This document shows, piece by piece, positions 18,708 to 28,091 of a DNA stretch of 51,821 nucleotides. The translations under genes were made by a program, and so were the position numbers. The notes beneath the pieces are model-generated. The model did not search any database and was not told the origin of the DNA. It was given only the letters and a program-made list of their open reading frames with translations. Within the stretch, counting starts at the first letter, position 1; every line of letters begins with the position of its first letter. The stretch covers positions 1-51,821 of the forward strand of contig CAYVKO010000003.1 of assembly GCA_964452185.1 (NCBI GenBank). The letters run 5' to 3'. The stretch is from an uncultured Candidatus Saccharibacteria bacterium (lineage in GTDB: Bacteria > Patescibacteriota > Minisyncoccia > Phycocordibacterales > SW-6-46-9).

Positions 18708-18716
18708 ATTTTAACA
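18708..18716 (-). promoter_or_regulatory. Extended -10 element TGTTAAAAT, 7 nt upstream of the alaS ATG
   Basis: Minus strand reads TTTCTGTTAAAATAAGCCAT|ATG. No SD is present. Confidence 0.45.
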
Positions 18717-18767
18717 GAAAAAGCCCGCCTATCTGAATACTAGATGACGGGTTTGTTGGTGTTGTAG

Positions 18768-18998
18768 TTACGATGTTATTAAAAAAAGAAGCGGGAAACA
18801 CTCCAAAACTATTAGTGCTCCGAGTCCTATGAGTATCCACCCTTGGTCACATCTTATCTCTTCAGCCAAGGGTAAATCCTCCCCTTCCTTCCGTTTTTGG
18901 CTATACCTCCAAGCTGTCGGAAACCCTCGAAATACCAGATAAAGCCCAACAATAATAGAAAGGGTGCTTTCAATACCTAAAATAATTTCTAAGGTCAT
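18768..18998 (-). CDS. Small hypothetical membrane protein (2 TM)
   Basis: 76 aa with two hydrophobic helices. An imperfect hairpin plus CTTTTTCTGTT on the minus strand (18717-18755) follows the stop. Confidence 0.45.
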   Translation of the reverse strand: MTLEIILGIESTLSIIVGLYLVFRGFPTAWRYSQKRKEGEDLPLAEEIRCDQGWILIGLGALIVLECFPLLFLITS

Positions 18999-19084
18999 TG
19001 ACCATTAAAGGTGTTTGGAGAGAATGCGGTTCAATCTGCCCTTTAGGCTAGTAAATTTTTACTATTTGTCAATGCAGTGGACAG

Positions 19085-20356
19085 TTACACTCTCGACATT
19101 GAACCCTCGACTTCTTTTTTGTCAGCTTCAGGACCGACTATTGCAGTTTGCAGACTTCCTTCTGAGAACAGATCATTGGCTACTTCTTGTACGTCTTTTT
19201 GCGTTACGTTTTCGATTCTTTCTACATATTCTTTTGGTTTCTCGATTTCTAGATCTAGTACTGATTGCTCGGCGATGTTGGTTGCGATTTTGTTGGTTGA
19301 TTCATGGGACATCAAGAAATTGCCAGCGAGATACTCTTTAGCTTTTTTAAGCTCTTCTGCCCCCACCTCTTCGTTCTTAACTAGCTGTAGCTCTTTACAG
19401 ATAGCTTCAACCACTTCGCTGACTCGTGAGTTGTCTACTCCTGAAAACACTTTAAATACTCCGTTGTCTGAATAGTAGTTAACAGATGATTTGACGTAAT
19501 AGCACACTCCCATTCGATCTCGTAGTTTATGGAAAAGACGAGAGCTCATACCTCGGCCCAGTACAGTAGAAAGAACTTCTGTTGCCGGCTTTTTGTCGGA
19601 GTCTACAGGTACTGCCGGGGCTCCGACTACAAGATGGGTTTGGTCACTTTCTTTTTCTTCAAATAAAACAGACGGGCGATCTTGTCGGTATTCGGCTGGG
19701 GGTGTATCGATTTTTTCTGATTCGGTGAGGTCTTGGAAGTTTTTGGCAATTTTTTGTTGGGCTGAGTCTGGATCAATACCACCAACCACAACCACGGTAG
19801 TAGCTTCCGGTACATAGAGCTTTTCGCGGTAGTTGGATATGTCCTCTTTGTTAAACTCTTGTACGTTTTCTTCTGGACCAAGCACGGACCAACCCATCGG
19901 CTGGTCGCCAAACATGCCTTCTTGAAACACTTCGTGAACTTTACGCATAGGCAGATCTTCATACATTCGTATCTCTTCGGTAATGACTCCAGCTTCCTTT
20001 TTTATCTCCTGCTGTGAAAGTAGAGGGTGCTTATAGATGTCAGAAAGAACCTCCAACACATCTTGTGTGTTGTCAGATTTTGTTTTGGCGTAATAACCGG
20101 TGTATTCATATCCGGTAAATGCATTACTTTCTGCTCCGAGTCCATCCAGCTTAGCGGACACGTCACGAGGGCTCGGCCGGTTTTTTGTGCCCTTAAAGCA
20201 CATGTGCTCCAAGAAGTGGGAGATCCCGTTGTTTTCTTCTGTTTCGAATCGTGTACCGGCATTCACCATTACCAGCACTGTCGCTGTCGGCGTATCCTCC
20301 ATCGGTACAGTTATAGACGTCAGTCCATTATCCAGGGTTGTTTTTTCTATTTGCAT
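19085..20356 (-). CDS. M16-family (pitrilysin/insulinase-like) zinc peptidase
   Basis: Inverted zinc motif HFLEHMCFKGT with a downstream E; 423 aa, two-domain size. Confidence 0.9.
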   Translation of the reverse strand: MQIEKTTLDNGLTSITVPMEDTPTATVLVMVNAGTRFETEENNGISHFLEHMCFKGTKNRPSPRDVSAKLDGLGAESNAFTGYEYTGYYAKTKSDNTQDVLEVLSDIYKHPLLSQQEIKKEAGVITEEIRMYEDLPMRKVHEVFQEGMFGDQPMGWSVLGPEENVQEFNKEDISNYREKLYVPEATTVVVVGGIDPDSAQQKIAKNFQDLTESEKIDTPPAEYRQDRPSVLFEEKESDQTHLVVGAPAVPVDSDKKPATEVLSTVLGRGMSSRLFHKLRDRMGVCYYVKSSVNYYSDNGVFKVFSGVDNSRVSEVVEAICKELQLVKNEEVGAEELKKAKEYLAGNFLMSHESTNKIATNIAEQSVLDLEIEKPKEYVERIENVTQKDVQEVANDLFSEGSLQTAIVGPEADKKEVEGSMSRV

Positions 20357-20367
20357 AAATCTAATCT

Positions 20368-22128
20368 TTAAATAAGTTTTTTGAGTGATTGAATATCTTC
20401 TCGAATACTTTCTATACCTGTTGTAAATACATTCGGTGATGAGGTATCTACGCCTATGTCGGCAAATATGTCTTGTGGGGATTTTGTAGATCCGGCTTTT
20501 AAGAATTGTTTTACTTTATCAAGATACTCTTCATCTTCTTGATACTTACTATGCAAAGCTTTGCTAATCAAATCACCGTAGGCATACGTGTAAACATAAA
20601 ACGGTCGCCGGATATGAGTCCAATTTATAAAGAAGTACCCATCTTCGTCTTTCATTTCAAAGCGGTCACCCAGATAGTTTTGCATATGTTTGTTCATGAG
20701 TTTAGCAATGTCCTCATGAGAGCAACTTCCTTTTTCTCGGATGCGACCGTGTAATTCTTTTTCAAAGTTAAAGCAGGCTATTTGGCGAAATACTGTAGAT
20801 ACGTCACGGTTAATCTTGTTGTGTAGTGCAATTATCTGCTCGTTTTCATTCAAGTTTTCAAAGACACGGTTAAAAACTACAGACTCAAAGAAGGTGCTGG
20901 CTACCTCTGCAGTAGATATGGTGTATTTTTGATACATAGGCGATTGCTCTTTGGAGAGTTCTGTGTGAATTGCGTGACCCATTTCATGAGCCAGTGTAGT
21001 AACTTGACGAAAGCTTGGTGTGTAATTCAAAAGGATATATGTAGGCAAATACGGTGCGCCAGAACAGAATGCACCTCCGCTTTTCTTTTCTTGAGGAAAT
21101 ACATCAATCTGACCTTTCTTAAGAAATTGCTCGAGAGTGTTGCTGAAGTCAGCGTCCATGTTTGCAAAACTGTCATGCACGATCTCTACAGCTTGCTCAA
21201 ATGACAGCTCCTTATCAAGTGATCCGATTGAAGCCGATCGATCAGCATATTGGAGCGCATCTTCTTCCAGTAGTTCTGCTTTCAGGTCGTAGAATTCATG
21301 AACAACATCAAAATTTTTAGTTACTGTGTTCACGAGAGTTTCTACTTCTTCAGGTGTATTTTCGTACTTAAGTACGGCGGATGAATATGGTTTTTCATAT
21401 CCGCGCACCTCATCAGAAATTTTCTTATCGGTAACAACAGCATTTATCTCACTTTCAGAAAATTCTTTTACCTCCTGTAGTGTTTTCATGCACTTTGTAT
21501 GCAATCTACGTCGCTTTTTGGTAGGTAAATCCTCAATTTTGCTTAAAGCTTCAGAAAGCGGTAGCTCATCATCTTCCCACTCGATAGTTTTTTGACTTAT
21601 GGCTTTTTGGACGCCCTTTACCCACATTTTATTTCGAGGGAGATTAGTGAGACTTAGTATGTTTTCTTCTTTTTCGTCAAGATTGAATTGAGCGGTTTTA
21701 AATACCCATTCTAAGTACTTGTGATAGTGTTCGAGTTCTTTTGCAGAAAGAAACTCTTCCTGTTTGGCTTTGGGTAAATCTCCTAGATTTAGCTCAAAGA
21801 AACGAATCTTATTCTCTAGTTTGGAATATACTTGACTAAGTTGATTTACTTTTGACTCTGCCTCTTGGTCATTTGCTTTCAGTTTTTTGCGGTAATTGAA
21901 GTAAAATAACGGTTTTGCTAGATTTTTCTCTCCACCGAGATATTCAAAGTCTTCCAACGCTTCACGCAGAGCTTCTGGTTTTTGGAGATAATCATCGCTG
22001 TTACGATACTTATCCGCAAACTCTTCGTAAGCCTTTTGGGCGTGCTCTATGTCTTTATCAACTTCGTCTTCTGGTGACTCATAAAGGAGTTCTAGATCCC
22101 ATTTCGTTTTTAAGTCTTCCGTCCTCAT
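20368..22128 (-). CDS. pepF: M3B oligoendopeptidase F
   Basis: HEMGHAIH zinc motif, ~590 aa, family-typical length. Confidence 0.88.
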   Translation of the reverse strand: MRTEDLKTKWDLELLYESPEDEVDKDIEHAQKAYEEFADKYRNSDDYLQKPEALREALEDFEYLGGEKNLAKPLFYFNYRKKLKANDQEAESKVNQLSQVYSKLENKIRFFELNLGDLPKAKQEEFLSAKELEHYHKYLEWVFKTAQFNLDEKEENILSLTNLPRNKMWVKGVQKAISQKTIEWEDDELPLSEALSKIEDLPTKKRRRLHTKCMKTLQEVKEFSESEINAVVTDKKISDEVRGYEKPYSSAVLKYENTPEEVETLVNTVTKNFDVVHEFYDLKAELLEEDALQYADRSASIGSLDKELSFEQAVEIVHDSFANMDADFSNTLEQFLKKGQIDVFPQEKKSGGAFCSGAPYLPTYILLNYTPSFRQVTTLAHEMGHAIHTELSKEQSPMYQKYTISTAEVASTFFESVVFNRVFENLNENEQIIALHNKINRDVSTVFRQIACFNFEKELHGRIREKGSCSHEDIAKLMNKHMQNYLGDRFEMKDEDGYFFINWTHIRRPFYVYTYAYGDLISKALHSKYQEDEEYLDKVKQFLKAGSTKSPQDIFADIGVDTSSPNVFTTGIESIREDIQSLKKLI

Positions 22129-22133
22129 TTTTG

Positions 22134-22736
22134 TTATTTAGAATATTTAGTCAGAACCTCAAAGTCTTCTTTTAATGTCTCTCGTTGGGAGCCGTCGTAT
22201 AAAGCTACTGCCGGGTGGAATAACGGTATGAAGGTAATCTCTTTCCCCTCGTTTTCTATAGTGAACACATCACCACGAACTTGCGAGATAGTACCTCCAC
22301 AGTCAACGTCGTATTCGTCTTCGATAAACTCCATGGCAAACCTTCCTAAAGTAGCTATAACGTTTGGTTCTATAACTTCAATCTGGCGGCGCAGGAATGG
22401 TTTATACACGTCTATTTCTTCTTGTTTGGGGTCGCGGTTGTTTGGTGGGCGGTCTTTTAAGACGTTAGTAATATATACATCATCGCGATCGAGTTCAATG
22501 TGGGCAAGCAGTTTGTTGAGCATGTTTCCGGCAGCTCCGCAAAACGGCCTCCCTGCTTCTGCCTCATTCTTTCCGGGTGCTTCACCGATAAACATAATGT
22601 CAGCGTCATGGTTCCCTTCTCCAAGTACCGGAAGATAATCGTTTTCTTGACGATACTCAAACAACGGTGAGGCTTCAAGGTCTATCACCTCATCACGAAT
22701 AGCTTTCATTTTCTCTGTTCTTGACTCAGTTGACAT
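22134..22736 (-). CDS. Uracil-DNA glycosylase, family 4
   Basis: GEAPGKNEAEAGRPFCGAAG motif A, and a C-terminal HP..LY-type motif (LFHPAVALY). Confidence 0.9.
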   Translation of the reverse strand: MSTESRTEKMKAIRDEVIDLEASPLFEYRQENDYLPVLGEGNHDADIMFIGEAPGKNEAEAGRPFCGAAGNMLNKLLAHIELDRDDVYITNVLKDRPPNNRDPKQEEIDVYKPFLRRQIEVIEPNVIATLGRFAMEFIEDEYDVDCGGTISQVRGDVFTIENEGKEITFIPLFHPAVALYDGSQRETLKEDFEVLTKYSK

Positions 22737-22808
22737 TTAAGATAATTTATCTATTATCTACTCAGATTCACACCATCGAATTTCTTTTAGGTAGCCTAAC
22801 AAAATAGA

Positions 22809-23000
22809 ATGCAAGATTCTTCTAGTAAACAACCCATTCGGTCAGTTCGTTCTCACAGGCAGAATGGACATGCGGCGGCTACTTGCGAGAAGAGTAAAGG
22901 CGGACTTGCGGATTTGATAGTCTTCCTTATTGGCTTGTTGATTGTTGCTTTGCTTGCTCCGTTTACTCGGCCTCGCTCTCGTCGTGCCCACAAAAGTTAA
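22809..23000 (+). CDS. Small hypothetical membrane protein
   Basis: 63 aa with one TM (LADLIVFLIGLLIVALLAPF) flanked by basic residues. Followed by its own plus-strand terminator, and it is the only ORF in a 300-bp gap. Confidence 0.45.
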   Translation: MQDSSSKQPIRSVRSHRQNGHAAATCEKSKGGLADLIVFLIGLLIVALLAPFTRPRSRRAHKS

Positions 23001-23014
23001 ATCATTCATCAACC

Positions 23015-23044
23015 AAGGCGCCCTCCGGGTGCCTTTTTATTTTA
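23015..23044 (+). terminator. Intrinsic terminator between convergent genes
   Basis: aaggcgccc-tcc-gggtgcctt (9-bp stem including one G.T pair) followed by tttatttt. The T-tract overlaps the pcm stop codon. Confidence 0.65.
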
Positions 23045-23693
23045 CACCTTTTAGAGGCACAAAACGAAATCCTTGTTGCTCTTCCCGGTCATATTTGCCG
23101 CCTTTCTTTTTCTCGAGACGTACTATCTTGTCTTCTACAGGCATAACAAGCACTCCCCCCTCTTTTAGTTGGCGAGTAAACATGTCCGGAACTTGCGGTG
23201 CGGTAGCCGACACTAGTATGCGATCAAACGGACTTTCTTCTTGCGTGTCGTCGGCTGCATTGTCGTGTCGAATTTCAGCCTGTGGAAATTCATACTCAGA
23301 TAAGTTTTCTTGTCCAAATTTAGCCAACTTTTCGTTTATCTCAGCTCCAATTACTCTCCCGTCTTCACCGACTATGTGAGCCAAAAGGCCAGTAGTCCAT
23401 CCAGATCCGCAACCGACGTCCAGAACGGAGTGGCCGGGCTGAACATCAAGAAGTTCAAGCATATAAACCACAGTAGTGGGTTGGCTTATTGTTTGGTCTT
23501 CTCCTATCGGTATAGCGTAGTCTTCAAAGGCTTCAATTTCGTATCCGCTTCGGACGAAGTCTTTTCGGTTAACGTGCCGCAGTGCTTGTTCTATCCGCTC
23601 ACTTTCTAACACTTCCGTTTTTTCTTTGAGGCGTTTTATAAGATTTTCCTGAGAACTCCAATTGTCTGCAAATATGTCTGATTTTTGTGGCAT
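23037..23693 (-). CDS. pcm: Protein-L-isoaspartate O-methyltransferase
   Basis: TISQPTTVVYMLELL, SVLDVGCGSGWTTGLLA, and family-typical length. Confidence 0.9.
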   Translation of the reverse strand: MPQKSDIFADNWSSQENLIKRLKEKTEVLESERIEQALRHVNRKDFVRSGYEIEAFEDYAIPIGEDQTISQPTTVVYMLELLDVQPGHSVLDVGCGSGWTTGLLAHIVGEDGRVIGAEINEKLAKFGQENLSEYEFPQAEIRHDNAADDTQEESPFDRILVSATAPQVPDMFTRQLKEGGVLVMPVEDKIVRLEKKKGGKYDREEQQGFRFVPLKGVK

Positions 23694-23705
23694 GCTTGTA
23701 TCGTA

Positions 23706-23963
23706 CTATATTGCACCCTCAGATTTAAGTAAGCGTCGTTTTTCTTTTGCCCCACCGCGGTTGTATGATCCAACCTTTCCGTCAGAACGAATAACTCGAT
23801 GACACGGAATTTCCGGATCGAAGTTTCTCGAAAGTACTTGCCCGACAGCTCGCGCGGCTTGTGGTTTACCGATAGCTTCAGCTACTTCTTGGTATGTCCT
23901 GACTTCACCGGCAGGAATTGAACGAACAAAGTTATGTACTGATTTTGTGAAGGTTGTGGTCAT
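23706..23963 (-). CDS. MGMT-family protein: single-domain methylated-DNA--protein-cysteine methyltransferase (85 aa)
   Basis: IPAGEVRTYQEVA..., active-site IPCHRVI, then G.YNRGG...K..LL..EG. I chose the start at ATG 23963, because the 112-aa ORF-track version overlaps the upstream gene. Confidence 0.85.
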   Translation of the reverse strand: MTTTFTKSVHNFVRSIPAGEVRTYQEVAEAIGKPQAARAVGQVLSRNFDPEIPCHRVIRSDGKVGSYNRGGAKEKRRLLKSEGAI

Positions 23964-23965
23964 AA

Positions 23966-24748
23966 CTAAAACATTTTTTGCTGGCTTGGCGACATGTTGT
24001 CGATAACTTCCTGGGAAGTTTCTCGGAATGTACAGTAATCGCACTCATCGTCAGATGGTGGCACTTTGTCAGCCATCAGGGTTTCTTTCATGTCAGCCAG
24101 GGTATCGTCAATCCATTCGTCACTTCCTTCATAAACCAGAATTTCTGTTTCGAACTCCAGGCAGTCATTAAAGCCGTCAGCTTGTTTGTCAGCGTTAGCG
24201 TACACAAAGTATCCGCGATCGGACACAGAGAAATCATTGGATCGTAGGAGGTACTGATATATCTCCATTTGGCGTTTCCAGGAATCCTGCCAGTCTGCAT
24301 CCAGAGTTAGATCGCTCTTTTTGGACGTAGCTTTGTAATCAACTACAGCTAAATCACCGCCTTCCTTCTCCCATATATCATCAGGAGCTCCGTATATCAC
24401 AAATCCGGTCTCCTCATGTTTCGTTCGCACGCCGGTAAAGTGGTGTCGCCAGTCGTCTATTTTTCGGTGTGAGAATGGCACTGCTTCAATTTCATACTCT
24501 TTCATCAACGGGTGTGGGGTTCCTTCTTCTCGGTGCTTATCAAATTCTTGCTTAAAGAGTTCATCTACGGCATTGTTGAGAGAAAACGGATATCCTGGTA
24601 CTCGTTTAACTCCCAGGCGTATGTCAACAAAAAAGCATCGTGGGCATTCTAAGAATAATCCTATTTTAGAACGACTTAACTCAAACCCATCAGGATTTTC
24701 CGGATCGAATACATATTTGGTTCGTGGAACATTGTAGTACCGAGACAT
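23966..24748 (-). CDS. PD-(D/E)XK nuclease, Cas4/RecB-like, with 4-Cys cluster
   Basis: N-terminal CPRC, a D...DLAVVDYK core, QMEIYQYLL (QxxxY), and C-terminal CDYC. Confidence 0.7.
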   Translation of the reverse strand: MSRYYNVPRTKYVFDPENPDGFELSRSKIGLFLECPRCFFVDIRLGVKRVPGYPFSLNNAVDELFKQEFDKHREEGTPHPLMKEYEIEAVPFSHRKIDDWRHHFTGVRTKHEETGFVIYGAPDDIWEKEGGDLAVVDYKATSKKSDLTLDADWQDSWKRQMEIYQYLLRSNDFSVSDRGYFVYANADKQADGFNDCLEFETEILVYEGSDEWIDDTLADMKETLMADKVPPSDDECDYCTFRETSQEVIDNMSPSQQKMF

Positions 24749-24763
24749 AGATAAAGTATTTTA

Positions 24764-25603
24764 TTAAACATGACATAAATGATTCACCTCCTCCATCACC
24801 TCTTCGATTTTGTCGTCATCAAACCCGAGAGCCTCCAGCTTTTCTTTTTTATCACGCAGTGTTTTGCAGAGTACTATATCTTGTTTCGTTAACTCCCGTT
24901 TGTGTGATCCGGATAATGTTGTTAGGGCCGTGACCGGTTGTAGAGAGGCTTCTTCAATCAGGCTCTCAAGGTTTTCTTCTTCTGGATATCCCCAGCCGAT
25001 CATTTTCAAGTCAGCGCACTCTCCGTACTCTACTGCTTGATCGGAAAATTTAGTGTTTGTCACGAGCCATCGTTCGATTGTTTTGTTGCGGGCAGCAAAC
25101 TCTCCAAATCCGTTCTCGGCTAAATCATCAAAGCGAGCTTTTACATAAAGCGGGATTTGCAGCGAAGATTTAACGGATCGGCTGTTGTGGAATTTTGCCT
25201 CTACAAGCGCAAGCGTGTCATCGTTTTCAGCTACAACATCAACTTCGTGCTCAGTACATCGACCGTCCACGATTGTGCCTACATGTGTTTTGAACCCTTT
25301 TGTATTGAATATTCGTGCTACAAACTCTTCAAAAGGATATCCGGTCGGGCCCAGATCAGCCAAAGACTGCCGAAGCGAATAACGTGCTGCATACGACTTT
25401 CTGTGCTCCTTTAGAAGGTCAAAGGCTTTTGTGTATAAGGCGTCACTTGAAGTAACTTTATCGATGCTGTTGCTAATCTTTTCAACTATCTCATTGACCA
25501 CACTGTCGGGAGCGTGAGCTTGTTTAAGCGACTGCTGGAGCTTTCCTTTCTTAAAAACCTCTTTGGTACCGTCACGTTTCGTGACTGTAATTGTTTCGTT
25601 CAT
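24764..25603 (-). CDS. ATP-cone domain fused to an Mrr-like restriction-endonuclease-fold domain
   Basis: N-terminal V.KRDG..E.F...KL..S ATP-cone pattern. Then GYPFEEFVARIF...G, EVDVVAEN...ALVEAKF (D-x(n)-ExK). The C-terminus is helix-hairpin-like. Confidence 0.65.
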   Translation of the reverse strand: MNETITVTKRDGTKEVFKKGKLQQSLKQAHAPDSVVNEIVEKISNSIDKVTSSDALYTKAFDLLKEHRKSYAARYSLRQSLADLGPTGYPFEEFVARIFNTKGFKTHVGTIVDGRCTEHEVDVVAENDDTLALVEAKFHNSRSVKSSLQIPLYVKARFDDLAENGFGEFAARNKTIERWLVTNTKFSDQAVEYGECADLKMIGWGYPEEENLESLIEEASLQPVTALTTLSGSHKRELTKQDIVLCKTLRDKKEKLEALGFDDDKIEEVMEEVNHLCHV

Positions 25604-25637
25604 CGTACTGAAATTGTATCACGGTAGCGGTTCGGAG

Positions 25638-26762
25638 TTATGAACTATTTGCTCGCACAGCAGTACCTATAACCCCTCCGCCTATGCATCTATCTTTGTT
25701 ATAGATTACACATGATTGTCCGGAAGCTACTGCTCGCAGCGGTTCCTCGAACGTTACTACCCACTTCTCTTTTTCTTTCTGTAAAGTGCAAGATTGAAGT
25801 GGCTGGTTATAACGAATTTGTGCAGAAAATCGCTCACCCTCTTCTGGTTTTTGGTTAATCCAGTTAGTTTCTGTCAGGGTGATCTGCTTGCCGTTGTAGA
25901 CTGGTCCGGTTTTTGAATTGTCTTCAGTTACAGTAAGTGTGTTCTTGTCTATATTTTTATCAGCCACATACCACGGCCCGCCATCAGGGCTTTTGTCTGT
26001 AACAGTAAAACCATGCCGTTGACCTATTGTGTACAAAGTCGCCCCTTCATGTGTTCCGATTGTCTCTCCTTGCTCGTTTAGCACGTCTCCTGATTTTGTG
26101 TCTATAAATTCTTTTAGAAAGGTTCGCATGTCCACTTCACCAAGAAAGCACAACCCTTGACTGCCCTTTTTGTTGGCAACGGGTATATCAAACTTTTCGG
26201 CTGTTTTGCGTACCTGTTGTTTTTGCTGGTTTCCGATGGGAAATAAGATATCCTCAAGCTTGTTTTGTGTAAGTTGCCACAAGAAATAAGTCTGATCTTT
26301 GTGGCCGTCCTCCCCTTTCAGCAAATGTACTCCGGATTTCGTTTCTTGTTTGTTTGCATAGTGGCCGGTAGCAATGTAGTCAGCACCATCTTCTAGTGCC
26401 CAGTCATAAAAGGCTCCAAATTTAATTACTCCATTACACATCACATCCGGATTTGGGGTACGACCCGCCTTGTATTCTCGGATCATGTAATCAACTACAC
26501 CATTTTTATACTCATCAGCCAAGTCTACTGTTTGAAACGGAATATCCAACTGAGCTGCTACTTGCATAGCATCCTTTCTTTCCGTTTCCATTGAGCAATC
26601 TAAAAACGGTGGCTGCCAAACGGTCATAAAACAGCCAACAACATCAAATCCGGCATCTTTTAGCAAGGCTGCAGAAGTGGATGAATCCACACCTCCGGAC
26701 ATTCCGACGTACACGGTTGTGTCTGACTCGTTGTTGATGTTTTTAGTATGATCTGGAAGCAT
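25638..26762 (-). CDS. mnmA: tRNA 2-thiouridine(34) synthase MnmA
   Basis: PP-loop VGMSGGVDSS; GRTPNPDV.CN; catalytic Cys context SQGLCFLG. The ORF track begins at TTG 26768; I prefer the ATG at 26762. Confidence 0.93.
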   Translation of the reverse strand: MLPDHTKNINNESDTTVYVGMSGGVDSSTSAALLKDAGFDVVGCFMTVWQPPFLDCSMETERKDAMQVAAQLDIPFQTVDLADEYKNGVVDYMIREYKAGRTPNPDVMCNGVIKFGAFYDWALEDGADYIATGHYANKQETKSGVHLLKGEDGHKDQTYFLWQLTQNKLEDILFPIGNQQKQQVRKTAEKFDIPVANKKGSQGLCFLGEVDMRTFLKEFIDTKSGDVLNEQGETIGTHEGATLYTIGQRHGFTVTDKSPDGGPWYVADKNIDKNTLTVTEDNSKTGPVYNGKQITLTETNWINQKPEEGERFSAQIRYNQPLQSCTLQKEKEKWVVTFEEPLRAVASGQSCVIYNKDRCIGGGVIGTAVRANSS

Positions 26763-26772
26763 AATCAAGATC

Positions 26773-27435
26773 CTAAGAGTTGTTTTCTTGTGTATTTTGC
26801 GCTTGGCGCTTGCGCCACTCTTCTATCTTTTTGTGGTGGCCGGACAAAAGTACATCGGGAACTGTGTATTCCTCCTGTTGGTAAGTGATGGTTTCTGGTC
26901 GGGTGTACACGTGTGTGCCGCTCGTTCGCGCTTCTTCTAACGAATTTTCATTCCCGAGTACTCCCGGCACAAATCGACTTATCGTGTCGATCATAATAAG
27001 TGCGGGTAGTTCGCCGCCCGTGAGAATATATGGGCCAACAGATATTTCCCGAGCATTGAGCGCTTCCACAACTCTTCTGTCTATTCCTTCGTATCGACCA
27101 CAGATAATAATTGCGTGGTCAACATTTTTTTCTGTATTTTTAGCTACGTCAGTATCGAATTGATTTCCTTGGGCAGAGGTTATAAACACAACCCCTCCTC
27201 CATACTCTTTAGTGGCTTGATCGACCGCTTTTAAGATAGGCTCTGCTTGCATCACCATGCCCGGCCCTCCTCCATACGGCTTCTGGTCAACCTGGTCGTG
27301 CTTGTTATCAGCGAAATTTCTCGGGTCAAATGTGTCTACGGCAATCAGATCGTCGTCTTGTGCACGACCAAGGATTGATTCATTGGTGTAGTTTTCGATT
27401 AGGTTTGGGAAAATTGTAATAACAGAAAATCGCAT
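26773..27435 (-). CDS. trmD: tRNA (guanine37-N1)-methyltransferase TrmD
   Basis: ITIFPN..., D..PYGGGPGMVM, ICGRYEGIDRRV, GGELPAL. Confidence 0.95.
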   Translation of the reverse strand: MRFSVITIFPNLIENYTNESILGRAQDDDLIAVDTFDPRNFADNKHDQVDQKPYGGGPGMVMQAEPILKAVDQATKEYGGGVVFITSAQGNQFDTDVAKNTEKNVDHAIIICGRYEGIDRRVVEALNAREISVGPYILTGGELPALIMIDTISRFVPGVLGNENSLEEARTSGTHVYTRPETITYQQEEYTVPDVLLSGHHKKIEEWRKRQAQNTQENNS

Positions 27436-27442
27436 TGATTTG

Positions 27443-27451
27443 AATATAGCA
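27443..27451 (-). promoter_or_regulatory. Extended -10 element TGCTATATT, 7 nt upstream of the trmD ATG
   Basis: Minus strand reads TAATTGCTATATTCAAATCA|ATG. No SD is present. Confidence 0.45.
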
Positions 27452-27509
27452 ATTAATTGTGATTAACTAAACCCAGTCTCGATTTTGTACCTTTAACAAA
27501 CGGAACACG

Positions 27510-27905
27510 ATGGAGCTTAACAAGAAAGGCGCGAATGCTTTATGGATATCTCTTTTTCTTGTTACACCGATCAGCTTTGTTGGTTTAACGTACCACGAAG
27601 CCGCTGGTCAGGTGTTAGCGTATATCCCTACTGACGTGGTCTGGATAATAGGTATAGGTAGTTGGTCAGCCAGCACTTTCCTTATTGGTTATACAGCATA
27701 CCGATATGCTGCATACCAGTGTTTGTGTACTTGGCATGTAGTGGCCTTCTGCACTCTACTTTTTTTAAGTTTATGGATTACGTTTTTGCGTTTTCCGTCT
27801 AACTTTTTTCGGGGTTTAACAACAGGAGTTGCGGCAGTCGTCTTGGTTGGCGGCTTCAGCTCTCTTGTTGGACTGAACAACCAAAGAGCCGAAGATGACG
27901 TCTAA
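27510..27905 (+). CDS. Hypothetical membrane protein (4 TM)
   Basis: 131 aa with four hydrophobic segments. It is the lone plus-strand gene interrupting the rpsP-khpA ... trmD arrangement. Confidence 0.5.
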   Translation: MELNKKGANALWISLFLVTPISFVGLTYHEAAGQVLAYIPTDVVWIIGIGSWSASTFLIGYTAYRYAAYQCLCTWHVVAFCTLLFLSLWITFLRFPSNFFRGLTTGVAAVVLVGGFSSLVGLNNQRAEDDV

Positions 27906-28027
27906 GAACTTTGGTTAGCAAATTTACACTCCATCCTCATTTTTCATTCACGACCGCATCAGCATACGTTGTTGGTGCGGTCTTCTAATTTAACCTAGCT
28001 TCTGTGATGTATATCAGTAGTCAATAC

Positions 28028-28055
28028 AAAAGCCGACCAGAATCGGTCGACTTTT
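28028..28055. terminator. Hairpin flanked by A4/T4 between convergent genes (bidirectional terminator candidate)
   Basis: aaaag-c-cgacc-agaatc-ggtcg-a-ctttt. Lies between the 27905 plus-strand stop and the 28092 minus-strand stop. Confidence 0.5.
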
Positions 28056-28091
28056 AACATGAAGATACTGATTCTTATTAGGCCGGATCAG

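Noticed and set aside
23964-24044. 5' extension of the MGMT ORF (112-aa version)
   Set aside because: It overlaps the 3' end of the PD-(D/E)XK nuclease gene by 79 nt. The ATG at 23963 gives a complete MGMT DNA-binding/active-site domain and a 2-nt intergenic gap.
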